In this document: piece by piece, positions 1-11,500 of the stretch
How positions within the stretch are numbered: the first letter of the stretch is position 1
Layout of the letters: every line of letters begins with the position of its first letter
DNA from: Callorhinchus milii
Taxonomy: Eukaryota
Direction: 5' to 3'
NCBI RefSeq assembly: GCF_018977255.1
Contig: NW_024704742.1
Location: 35,590,001 to 35,654,000 of the forward strand
DNA length: 64,000 bases
The notes under the pieces: generated by a model
What the model saw: only the letters and a program-made list of their open reading frames with translations
Told to the model about the DNA's origin: nothing
The model's database searches: none
Made by a program: the position numbers and the translations under genes

Positions 1-934
1 CAAATATATTATTTTTAAGTATTTTACAGAAATTACAAATCTTCCAATTTGTGACACTATATTCATGGAAAATGCCAGTGCTGCATTTTTTCTTTTAAGT
101 TAAATGTCCCTATTTTGCAATAGATTCTGTTCAGGAAGAGTAATTAATTGTTGGAGATTGCGTTGTTGGTCATGTTTTGCCTTAGCTATGGCTTGATTAA
201 TTTACTGGATGTTACAATGGCATTTATCCAATGAGCTAGAAAACAAGGAAAGTGAGAACTAGCTATTCCCTGTGGTCATTTTGACTGAGTGATCCGCAAG
301 CATTTTCCTCAATTTCAGTGATAAAATTCAATGCAAATAACATTTAAATAATGATCCAAGTTTCCATTGAAAAACTTAAGGGAAATAATCCATTTGGTGC
401 TAAAATTGCACCCTAGATTTTGTACATAAATTGGCATTAAGTTGAATTCTAATTTTCTGCCCTTTAAAAAGTGCAACTCACATGTATGGTAGCAAAATTA
501 AACTAATGAAACTAGTTTAGCATCTGCTAAAGATAATCGAGGCAGCCATGTCTTATTTTCCATTTCTGTGAAAATGTGGCACTTTTTTTTACTGCCAATG
601 AAGATGTGGCCTTAATGAGCAAGAGCTGGTCCCAAAACCTCTGGAAAATGTGATTGATACTTGATCAAAGGGTGCCTCAGGACAGCTGGAAAAAAAGCAG
701 TTTGATGCCAGATTCCAGACCAGTCTCATTATCACTATGGATATGTCGAGAGCTGACTGATCTATTCTCAATTGACCAGATGTTATCGGATACCAAGATC
801 GTCTTGATAGTGGGCTTCAGTACTGGCCTAAATTATTAATATTCATTAATATTAAGATAAGTCTTATCTGACCGCAAATTATATCTGTAGTATGCCTGTG
901 ATGGGGACAGTATGGTAAATATGCGTGGTTTACC

Positions 935-3372
935 ACCTGATGCCTCGACCCCTTCCCCACCCAGCTGCTGGTCACTCAACTCCCCCTCCTCTCCCCTCTG
1001 CTGGCTGACAAGGTCAACTAGTCTCTCTCCTCAGGCTCTGTTCCACTCACCCTGAAAACTGCTATTATCATACCCCTCCTCAAAAAACCCACCCTCGAAT
1101 GCTCTAATCTCTCACACTACCATCCCATCTCCCACCTACCCTTCCTTGCCAAAATCCTGGAACGCATTGTTGCAGGTCAACTTCAGTCACACCTCTCCCT
1201 CCACTCCCTCCTCGAGCCCCTGCAGTCTGGTTTTTGCCCTGCCCACAGCACAAAGACAGCGCTTGTCAAAGTCACAAACGTCGTCCTCTCTCTCTATGAC
1301 CAGGGCTCCCTCTGCCTCCTCGTCCACCTGGAACTCTCTGCGGTGTTCGACACAGTCGACCATGCCATCCTCCTCCACCGCCTCTACTCCCTCATGCACC
1401 TTAGTGGGACCACACTCGCACGGTTCGAGTCCTACTTAACTAACCGTCTCCACTTCATCTCAGAAAATGGTTTCTCCTCCTGCCCCCACCCGGTCACCTA
1501 CGGGGTACCCCAGGGCTCCATCCTTGGTCCTCTTCTTTTCCTTATCTATATGCTCCCTCTGGATGATGTCATCCGCAGAAACGGGGTAAACTTCCACATG
1601 GATGCGGCTGACACACAAATCTACTTTGCTTCCTCCAGTACCAACTCCAGGTTTACCAATGTTCAGACACCAGGCCTGGATGAGTGCAAACTTCCTGCAG
1701 CTGAATGTGGACAAGCCGGAAGCCATATTCCTTGGCTCCTATCAACGTCTTCACTCCTGCGGATCTGAACTCCTCGACCTCCCTGAACTCTGTTAGAGTG
1801 TTTGCAACCACTCCAGACAAGTTCGGATTCGATAATACCAATAGGCCAGAGTCTCAGGATGTTTTAATCAAGACAGACTTTAATTATTCATACATGTAAA
1901 AACAAACGTATGAAAGAACATTAAAACTAACTTAATAAAACAGAGTAATACTACTGGACGTTGCAGAGTCAGCACTTTGCCTTTGCAGCAAGCAAACTTT
2001 AGTTGTTGATTCAGCACTTTGGTCTTTAACGCAAGCCAACTTTGGTTCCTTAAACAATCAAGCCTCATGGTCTCTAGCTTTCGATTTTCTTTGTTCCAGC
2101 TTTCAATCAATCCCTGTTGCCCTCTGCAATCCCCGCCTAGTTGCTCTGGAGTTAACTAACTACGCAAGTTGGCCCCTAGCTTTATAAACTATTATGCAGA
2201 CCACCCCTTGAGGTCACTACATGACCCTGTTCACCACGTGCAACTGATCACGTGATAGTCTCATGGCATGTCTGACTGATAAGGTTGTTAATAGAGACAG
2301 GCTTCACCGTATCCCAGTACTGTCCTTGAGAGTGTAGCTATCTTACAAGAAAAAGCTTTCAGACACCCATCCCATTGATCTGGTACCAGGCTCAGGGTCT
2401 TGTCCTTATCTCCAGGTGGCCTTTACCTCATAGTTCAGGACTAAAGGTTGTGCCAACTTCTCACAGTGCCTGAAACCAACAGCCACAGTATTCTTTTAAC
2501 GTTTTAAACCACTGTCTTATAATTGCTATAAGGTGTTATAATTTCTACATACTCTATCTAACAACTCTCCCGCATACTCACTGAACTAGTATGCAATCTA
2601 GGCGTCCAGTTCAACCCCCAACTTTCCTTCATCCCCCACATACACTCCCTGACCAGGATCACTTTCTTCCACCTCCGCTACATTGCCTGACTCCTACCCT
2701 ACCTTACCCCAAATGCAGCCGAAACCCTCATGCGTTTGTCACCTCCCGCCTGGATTACCCAAACACATTCCTCGCGATCTCCTCAGCTCCACTATTCTAA
2801 AGATACAGCTCATTCAAAAGTCTGCCACCTGCACACTGACCCGGACCAAACTCCATACCCACATCTCACCATTCTTGGCCAGGCTCCACTGGCTCCTCAT
2901 CACCGAACGGATCGACTTCAAGATCCTCACACTCGTGTTCAAATCCCTTCACTTTCTGGCAGCTCCCTACCTCTCCGACCTCCTCACTCCCCCATCCACC
3001 ACCCGGTGCCTCCGCTCGATAGGCACCGGCCTCCTGCTCATCCCTCGCACCCTCCGCCCCACCATCGGAGGTCGTGCTTTCAGCCACTACGCCTCGAAAC
3101 TGTGGAACACTCTCCCTCAATTCCTCCGCCTTGCCCCCTCTCTCCCCTTTTTCAAGTCCCGCCTTAAAACAACACTGTACGAAAATTACATTTGTATAGC
3201 GCCTTTCGCATCAGGATGACATCCCAAGGCGCTGGACAAAACCTTCCTCTTCAATCATGATTACAGCCACCTACCCCCACCTCCCGGCTCGGAGTCAGGC
3301 TTCACCACGATTAAGCTCTCTGAGATGCTACCCTGCGTAGAGGGCGCTATATATGTGCAAGTTGTTGTTGTT
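935..3372 (+). mobile_element. 5'-truncated, degenerate L2-clade LINE (RT domain to 3' tail), interrupted by a solo LTR at 1791-2563
   Basis: RT motifs FDTVDHAILL, GVPQGSILGPLLF and FHMDAADTQIY (degenerate YADD). C-terminal LARLHWL..RIDFKIL and RAFSHYASKLWNTLP. 3' tail gggcgctatatatgtgcaagttgttgttg. Confidence 0.9.
1791..2563 (-). mobile_element. Solo LTR (773 bp; ERV- or Gypsy-type)
   Basis: TG...CA ends with a 7-bp inverted terminal repeat TGTTAGA/TCTAACA. 4-bp TSD ACTC (1787-1790, 2564-2567). The L2 coding sequence resumes after it. Minus orientation inferred from a TATA-like TTTATAAA at 2181 and minus-strand ATTAAA at 1884-1879. Confidence 0.85.
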
Positions 3373-3530
3373 TACTCTTTCAGACCCTCAATTCAGACTT
3401 TCAGGCATTTAACAGGAACTAAAACTGAGGCTAAGAATTTAAAACATAAAATAAATCAGATGATGAGCAAAGATCAGTGAAACACGATTAGAGTAGATCA
3501 GTCCGGTTAGGATATAGCAAAGGGGTATAT

Positions 3531-3715
3531 GTGGAGTCCTGTAGCATAGTGGTTAGAGAACTCAGCTCTCAAGTGAGAGGACTCGGGTTCAATTCCCAGG
3601 TGGGGCGAAACCTCAGGCAAGTTTCCTTACTCCACATTCCTCTGTTTACCTAGCAGTTAGGAGGAATCCAGTTGTTAGTCGATTCGTGGATCACTTTACC
3701 AGAGGTAATAATCCT
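3531..3715 (+). mobile_element. tRNA-derived SINE, 5' part (long variant)
   Basis: Pol III A box (tagcatagtggttag) and B box (ggttcaattcc); matches the copies at 8291, 37010, 40992 and 41869. Confidence 0.8.
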
Positions 3716-4789
3716 TTTTTTCTTTCAACTAGCAATATCTTTGCACAAGTGGCAGGCACCTTCAGTACCAAGCCCAGGTGAACAATATTCATAGGTGAGC
3801 TTTGACAATAAGTGTTATTTGACAATGAATGGCTTCACAGCTGAGCCTGACCTTGCCTGATGTCCATACATGCGAACCTCAAGCAGTATTGAGGCTTCAG
3901 GAGGATCTATTATTCAAACGGTTCGAGAAGGGCACATACTTCATATTTTATATTTCGCTGATATGGAGCTGTTTGTGTCTTTTGAACATTTTTTCCCTTT
4001 ATTTACAGGAGAGGGATGTTTCAAGTACCAGATTTTGAAAGACTATAGAAAATTATTTAATGGTAGATCAGTCACAGGACTCTGTGCTGATCCTAAAATC
4101 TTTGTAATTTGTTTTGTCCTCTCTTCTTGGTGATTTGGTAGAATTGGATTTGTTAACTCTGGAGACATGGGAGACAGTTTTTAATTTTAAACTGCACTAG
4201 TTGCTGTATTTGCATAGCTCAAGTCCATTCATTAAGTGGCATATTTAAATAATCGCCATTGAATATGGATTAAATTTCCAATCATTTCTAATATAAATTT
4301 TAAGTTTGAATTTAGTGAATTTAGCTTAATCAAGTTAGTGTTACCTGTATGCAGATTTTTCTGCAAGCCTTGCCAAAGTCAATGACACCCAACAGAACAA
4401 ACACAGAGTTTGTGTTTTCCATGTTAATGTTTGTTTATAAGAAGGTGTCTATGGAATAAAGAAAAAGAAACCCTGAGAGTATTTTATTCTAATCTAGTCT
4501 TTCAGTCTTTTTTGGAGTATTGTTTCCATCTGATCCCATAAGCAGACACTCACCCTTTTGATTTGGGCTATTCTTACATATCTGTACATCAGTTTAATTT
4601 TGACCAAGGCAAACAATACAAAATATAGGAAAGTAAACCAGTGTTTTACTGGATGTGTGTGTACACCCAACACATCCAGGTTTTTTAAGGCAGATACTGC
4701 AGCAGATTGTAGAGTAATGTAAATATTTGCTTTATTTACAAACAATGTTTTTGAACAAGATAACATTTATACATGTTTAAACACTATAA

Positions 4790-5720
4790 AAATAACAATT
4801 TATATAGCAGTTTTCATGTAGGAAAACATTAAAGTGCATGACAGAGATGGAGTGGGAGCCCAAGCGAGGTGGAAAATAGGAGGTAGGGGGACGTTGACCA
4901 AAGGTACAGTCAAAGAAGTAGATTTTCAGAATGGTTTTGAAAGCAAAGGAAGGTATAGGAACATAGGAACAGGTGGAGCCCATTCAGCCCTTCAAGCCTG
5001 TTCCACCATTTAATTAGATCATGGATGATCTGTACGTCAACTAAATTGGTAGGATAGAGGAGTCAGAGGATGTAAAGTCACCCTGAGTTAGCACACCAGG
5101 GGTTGTGGGCAGTATAGTAAGTCTGTAGGAATGCAGAAAGATATGGTGGAGCAGGAGAGTTTCAAAGTTAGAACAAGAATTCTGAATGTACTCAAGAATG
5201 GGGAGGCACTGAAGCCTGGAAAAGAGTGATGATGGGCTCATAGAGCCTGGTGAAGGAAAGGATATGACTGATGAATTGATGGATAATCTGGTGTTTGTAG
5301 ACCTTGGAAGGCCAGTGAGGAGCCCACTGCAAAAATATGGAGTTGATGAAGATGTGGATGAAGGCTTTTTGGCTACATTGCCAATGAGGTAGGGATGGAG
5401 TCAGAATGATTCTGTGGAGGTGGAAGAAAGTGGTCTTGGTCAAGGCCTAAATAAAAAACAAAGCTGAGGAGGATCAAATAAAAATGATGCTGCACAATGG
5501 TTACATGAGTTGGAGTGAGCAGCTGGGACAGTTTGATAGTTAAGAGACAAAAGTGAGCAGACACTGGAGGGAGCTGAGTCAGGTGGCTTTGGTTTGCCTG
5601 CATTCAGTTGAAGGAAGTTAAGTCTCACCCAGGACTTGATGTCTGCCAGGCAATCTGTCAGGACAGCAATGTTCCTGAAGCCAAGATTGTAGGCAGAGGA
5701 ATAATATTGGGTGTCATCAG
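4790..5720 (-). mobile_element. Degenerate L2 LINE fragment with a nested CR1 3'-tail fragment (~4955-5040)
   Basis: Minus-strand translations MRLNFLQLNAGK and TKTTFFHLHRI resemble the other L2 copies. The nested ataggaacataggaacaggtggagcccattcagccc is a CR1-type tail in reverse. Confidence 0.7.
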
Positions 5721-5984
5721 GGGCCGATCCAGGGCCAAAGGATAGGGGAGGGGTGTCAAGGGCAGGATTTGGCCGACTTTAGCCAGTCAGTCAATGGACA
5801 GGCTGTGGGTAATACCCAACCTTTGATCGAGGGGGGAGCATTTTACAGTTGCAGGAATGATTAGCAGTCAATTGTCAGTCAGGATCAGGGGGCGGGATGA
5901 GGGGCTGTGATTGGCTACCAGTCCATCAGTGAGCAGGCTATGGGGGTTATAAATGGTAGCGAAAAATAGTTATTAAAATAGAAT

Positions 5985-6600
5985 GATATCATTACCCACT
6001 TCTTGCACTATCTCATCCCCCCACGCTATCAAGAACCTCATGCACACTTTCATTATGTCAGGTTTGACTCTATCAATGCCCTACTCACTAGACTCTGCAG
6101 CTCTTCCCTACACAGGCTGCAGACAATCCAGAACTCTACAACCCTTGTCACCTCCTGCACCAGGCTTTGTGGGCCTATCCCCAATCCTTGCTTGTCAACA
6201 TTAGCTTCTTATGCCGCAGGGGATCAAATTCAAGATTCTCATTCTCATCTTCAAATCCCTGATCCGAAGATGATTTGAAGTCTTGTCCCACCCTACATCC
6301 TCTTTCAATGCAACCAATCTGGCCACTGCCTTTACTCAGCAAACACTGCTTCAAATCTCCACCGTATCTGCTCCATCATCGACAGGCAGATCCTCAGATG
6401 TTCTATTTCTGCCTCTGGAACTCCATCCCAGAATCCCTCTGACTCCCTCCCCTACATTATTCAAGGTCCTCTTCAAGGTATACTTTTTGACCATGATCAA
6501 CAATACCCTCGCAACCACCAGCTCAGGAGCTTCAGACCCCACACCCAGCTCAGGTGCCCAGCCTTCCAGATGCCCTCCCTATGTGAAAGGCGCTATTTAA
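5985..6600 (+). mobile_element. Degenerate L2 LINE 3' fragment
   Basis: HRLQTIQNS motif; tail gtgaaaggcgctattta. Confidence 0.75.
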
Positions 6601-6929
6601 ATAGTACCACTACATAAATTTAGCGCAATAAAACCTTCCACATAGCATGATTCACATAGAATATTGTGTTGGAACATTTTACAGTTGCAGAATGCATGCC
6701 AACCAAGGGAAAGGGTAGTCACCATAGGCACAGTTGAAGAGGTAGCTTTTAAGGAACTTGAAGACTGATAGAGGAGCAAGATGGAAGGGTTAAGGAGGGA
6801 GTTCCAGAGGTTAGGGGATTAGTATTGGAAAGCCCGGCCGCCAATGGTGTGTTGGAGGGAGACACAGCAAGCTTGAGTTAACTGAGCAGAGGGGGTGAGC
6901 AGAGGATATGGGCTATGGTGTGCCCAATG

Positions 6930-7665
6930 GAGCAGTCTAGCCTTGTTGGTGGGGGTGGGGAGCAGTCCCACCTCGTTGGGGGTGGTGGGGGGATAGTAGC
7001 AGTACCGCCTTGTTGGGGTGGGGGGCAGAAGTCCAGCCCTGCTGGGAGTTGGGAAGCAGTCCAGCCTTGTTAGGGGTGGGAGAGAACCCCCCAGCCTTGT
7101 TGGGGGGGAGGGGGCAGTCCTGCCTTGTTGAAGGAGGGAACAGTCCCACTTTGTTGGGGGAGAGAGGGTGCAGTCCCACCTTGTTGGTTGGGGGGGAAGT
7201 AGTCCCACCTTGTCAGGAGGGAGCAGTCCAGCCTTGTTGGGGTGCGGGGAGAGGGGGAAGCAGTCTAGCTTTGTTGGGAGAGGGGTAGCAGTCCAGCCTT
7301 GTTGGGGGAGGATTAGACCTGCCTTGTTGGTGGTGGGGGGGAGTAGTCCCACCGTGTCGAGATTGAGTAGTCCAGCCTTATTGGTGGGGGGGAGCAGTCC
7401 AGCCTTATTGGGGTGGGAGCAGTCCCACCTTGTTGGGGGGGCAGTAGCAGTTCCACCTTGTTGGGGTGTGGGGGAGCAGTCCAGCCCTACTGGATGGTGG
7501 GTGGCAGTGGAACAGTCCCACCTTGTTGGTGGGGGGGGGATGGAGTGGGGGGGGAGAGTGGTGTAGCAGTCCCACCTTGTGAAGAGAGCATTCCAGCCTT
7601 TTTTGGGAGGGTTGGGGAACAGACCTGCCTTGTTGGGGTGGGGGGGAGCAGTCCAGCCTTGTTAG
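6930..7665. repeat. G-rich minisatellite, ~30-35 bp unit (agcagtcc[a/c][g/a]ccttgttggggtggggg), about 20 copies
   Basis: Directly visible tandem recurrence of cagtccagccttgttg / cagtcccaccttgttg. Confidence 0.9.
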
Positions 7666-8290
7666 AGCCAGAGGAGCGTAAGAATGGGTGCCAGGGTGGA
7701 GGTTCTCAAATGTCAGGGCCGCACTACTGAGCCAATGCTGAGAGTTTCGGTATTGTTGGAAACTATTGGGAAGGGCAGGATGTGCTTTGGGGTTGGGCCC
7801 CGATAGCTGGAGTGGAGCCTCTGATGCAAGAGTCCCTGGAGTAATGGAAGTAAAATTCTACTGGTTGTTAGCACTTTTCAGACAATTTGCTTCATTTCAT
7901 TTATTATTTGTCTGTACTGTATTCATAATGGAACAACAACTAATTATAACCGATTTAAAGACAGTCCTGCTGAGTTGAGGGTTTGGATAGGTTCAGTGAC
8001 TCAAAAGTCATTGGGGTGTAATGTGTGCCAGTTCTAACACAAGTCCTTAATTTAGGAAACCTGAAGTATGTCATGCCAATTTGCGTGAACTATGCTCCAA
8101 CACAGTCAACTATTGAAACGGAGTTCCCATGAGCGTGAATAGTATTCGCGATATACAGTACTACCAGTTATTAAACCCATTGCGATTCCTTAATCAAAAA
8201 ATATCATTAGACATTGCTGCATATTAGAGCCAGTGAGGAGATTTCAGGCAAAATGTTCTGTTATATGGTTGATTGAAATGTATATCAATT

Positions 8291-8593
8291 GTGGAGTCCT
8301 GTAGCTCTGTGGTTAGAGCACGAGCCTTGGAAGTGAGAGACCTGGGTTCGATTCCCAGCAGGGTGAAACCTTGGGCAAGTTTCCTTACTCAATACGCCTG
8401 ATAATAATCCCTCAAGAAAAAAAAAGCAATAATAATTTGGTCACTCAATGCACGACTGTTTGAGTCTGCTGTGCGCAATTGGCTGCCGCGTTTCACCCAC
8501 AAATATACAGTCAATTCACTTTACAGTATATTCTGTGAAGAGTCTAGAAGACGTAAAAAGCACTGTAGCAAATGCAAGGATTATTATTATTAT
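8291..8593 (+). mobile_element. tRNA-derived DeuSINE-type SINE (short variant), near full length
   Basis: A/B boxes, gctgtgcgcaattggctgccgcgtttc Deu-like block, (TTA)n tail. Confidence 0.85.
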
Positions 8594-11500
8594 CATAATA
8601 CCATAAATGACATTTGTCCACTTTTCTATCACCAATATAATCGTACAGCAATTACTATAGAATAAATATATTTAGATCTGACAATAAAAATAAAATTACT
8701 ACAACGACAAAATAATATTGAAGTGTACTTTCTGATAAAACCTTGTCCAACATGCAATATTTTGGATCCCTTTTTGGAATATTGAGTACATCTCACTAAT
8801 AGTTTAAAGGTAAATATATCTTTCATAACGGGATCGGTGCTTATGAGGAAGTCAGCAGACAAATTAAATATTTTAAAACGTAGTCGCCCTGAGTGTGCTT
8901 TCTTCAGTAAGGAAGCAAGAAAGCACTGGTGGTTCTGTTGCTAAGCACCATTACAGATGATTGTTTTGCAATGTGTAGGCTGACCAGTTGCCTCAGTGCC
9001 AACTAATCTGAAAGCTGGTACATATGGCACGAAAAGTGCCATATGCCATCTGGGATTTTTGGCGATAGGGTTCTTTGTACATTCATTTGAACTTTTCAGC
9101 AAATATCACACTCTACTGTCTTTCGATCGTGAAGCAAATAAATAACGGGAAAAATCACAATTGCACGCAAGAAAATGCATGCCTTCTACCCGCTAAACAA
9201 CTAAACAGCTGGACTTATAGCCTTGATTTGTCAATACTGTTACAGTCGAATAACACAATTGTAATGGACCTACTGGTTACGTGATAGTCACAGTAACATG
9301 GGTACACTAGCACAATATTTAATAATAATAATAATTGTGAATAAATTAAAAGTTCTCATTATTAGAGTATTAAAACAGTCATACTCAGTCTTCACTCTCA
9401 GGATTGTGTGTGTGGTGGGTGGGGGGTGGAAGGAGGAGGTGGTGGGGATAATAATCACCTGGAATACGTAGCACATTCTGGCAACATTATGCCATCCCTC
9501 CCTGCACTTAAAACCCGTCTGAATATCTTATAATTGATCACTTAAGATATATACCTTACGTGTAAATTTATTAGATGCCATAATTTAGGACTGAGGTTAC
9601 TGAGGTTCTATTGTGACTAGAGACAACGCTGCAAAGTCTGCCAACCTTTTGATGTGATTCACCTATTCTTTCAACTCTTCTGCCCTCCACTGGAATTTTC
9701 TTAAAACATAATTGTCAGTGCAGAATGCCTGCAATCCTGGCTCTCTTTATTCTATTTTCTTGTTTCCAAATCCCATATAATTTCTCGAATGGCTTTTAGT
9801 GATTTGTAAGATCATTATTTAGTTCAGAAACCGTGCACTTTTTAAAGAGACAATTGCATTCTGTAATTTCATTTAAATTAAACATCTAATCCAATTGGAA
9901 TTTGAAATAGTGTTTCACTTAATCATTTATGCCTTTTAAATACGTCTTAAGGTCCACATTTCACAAGCATTCAAATGTCAAAACTTTAGCATGAAAGTAC
10001 ACTACATCTATCACGTTACCTCCTCAACCCTTTTCCTCAAATTTTAGGCTGTCGTAATTATTTTCGTCAAGAACCGAAGGATGGGGAAACCGTCATTATC
10101 ATCGAGACTAGAGGAATTTCAAAGGTGAATTAGATTTTTCTGATTTTTTTTTAATGTATGTGTTGTTTGATTTTATGTTCAGCGCTGAGTGAACAGCCCA
10201 AGGAAACGTTCAAGATTTCAGGACAGATGGGAGTGGGCGTCCACACTGGTTGGTTCAATGCCTAGCTGCTGGGCTGAGGTAAGGTGCAGTCATGGGTTAA
10301 AATTACAGCTTTCTTCCAAATATTAAGATGCTGAACATTTAACACGCCCTCTATGCTCCTCAGACTGGAATCAGATAAACCAAGCTTTGGAAGCAAATAT
10401 TCAACTCCAGTCGAGGTAACTTTCCAAATGACTTGCTGATCATACACCTTCACATTTCCAATAGGCCTGGTGTTATCTGTGGGAAAATGTCTGATACTTT
10501 TTTTATATATGATTTACAGTGCGATTTAAAGGGATCGATAATTGGATTCGCCATAGTAACACGAAGCGTGGATGTTTATGGTGAAAGGGTAAGTCAGACT
10601 CTGAGCACCTTCTGGAATTCTCGATTTAATTATCATGACAGTATTTCATTTATATTATTGATCTGATAATTTGAGTTAATGTTAATTTAATATACCGTGT
10701 ATAGTCAAATGGACATATATCCAGTTGTATGTATGCAAATTGTCACCACGTCCAATATTTGATACATAGTTAATAACGATATAGCTGTGCATGATATAGA
10801 TGGTCTTCATCTGCTACATATAACTCGTGTATTCTCCATACTGTAATTGGGATATATGTAGTTATTGTTATTAATATTGTAAAGCTTCTATATTTTCTCA
10901 TTGGTTACCCTGCCTGAAGTAAGTCAATGCAATGAAAATGATGAGGAAATGTTTGTTTACAATGTATTCACTTAGATCCTATAATGGCAAATTGTATAAG
11001 TACAAGTACTTGAGAACCCTCTTAATGATGTGATTACTATTGAACAAGTAGATTAACAACGTTTAATGTGCTAAGTACTGGTGTTATACGTTCTCCTTGA
11101 GTCCTTTAATTACAATGTTACCGAAAAGATTACTATATTAACCCCCCCCCCCCCCCCCCTCAGCAGAACTTTAAACTTTTACACCATGCATATATTACAT
11201 GGCAATCATATGCTTCTTAATGCGCAGCTTTTGCATTTGTTTTAACTGAAAATGATGCTAAGTACAAACTGTAGAAAAAAAAACAAATGTGTTCATTACT
11301 GAGCAGAAGACGTGTCGTTTGAATTCTAAGAGTCAAATTATTCGGCAGATTGGTTGCCTCCGAACAACTGAACACATGCCGTCGCGTTTAATTATACTGC
11401 TACTGGGAGAGGAAAATAAACTGGATTGAACATTACAGGAAGAATACCATTCACACTTAGCTTTGCAGTTCCTACTGCAGGCGACTGGAGAATATCTTAT

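Noticed and set aside
5720..5980. G-rich block between two L2 fragments, possibly another element
   Set aside because: No termini, TSD or second copy recognised.
6930..7665. Regular repeats resembling a CRISPR array
   Set aside because: Vertebrate context, no unique spacers (only variable G runs), no cas genes; it is a minisatellite.
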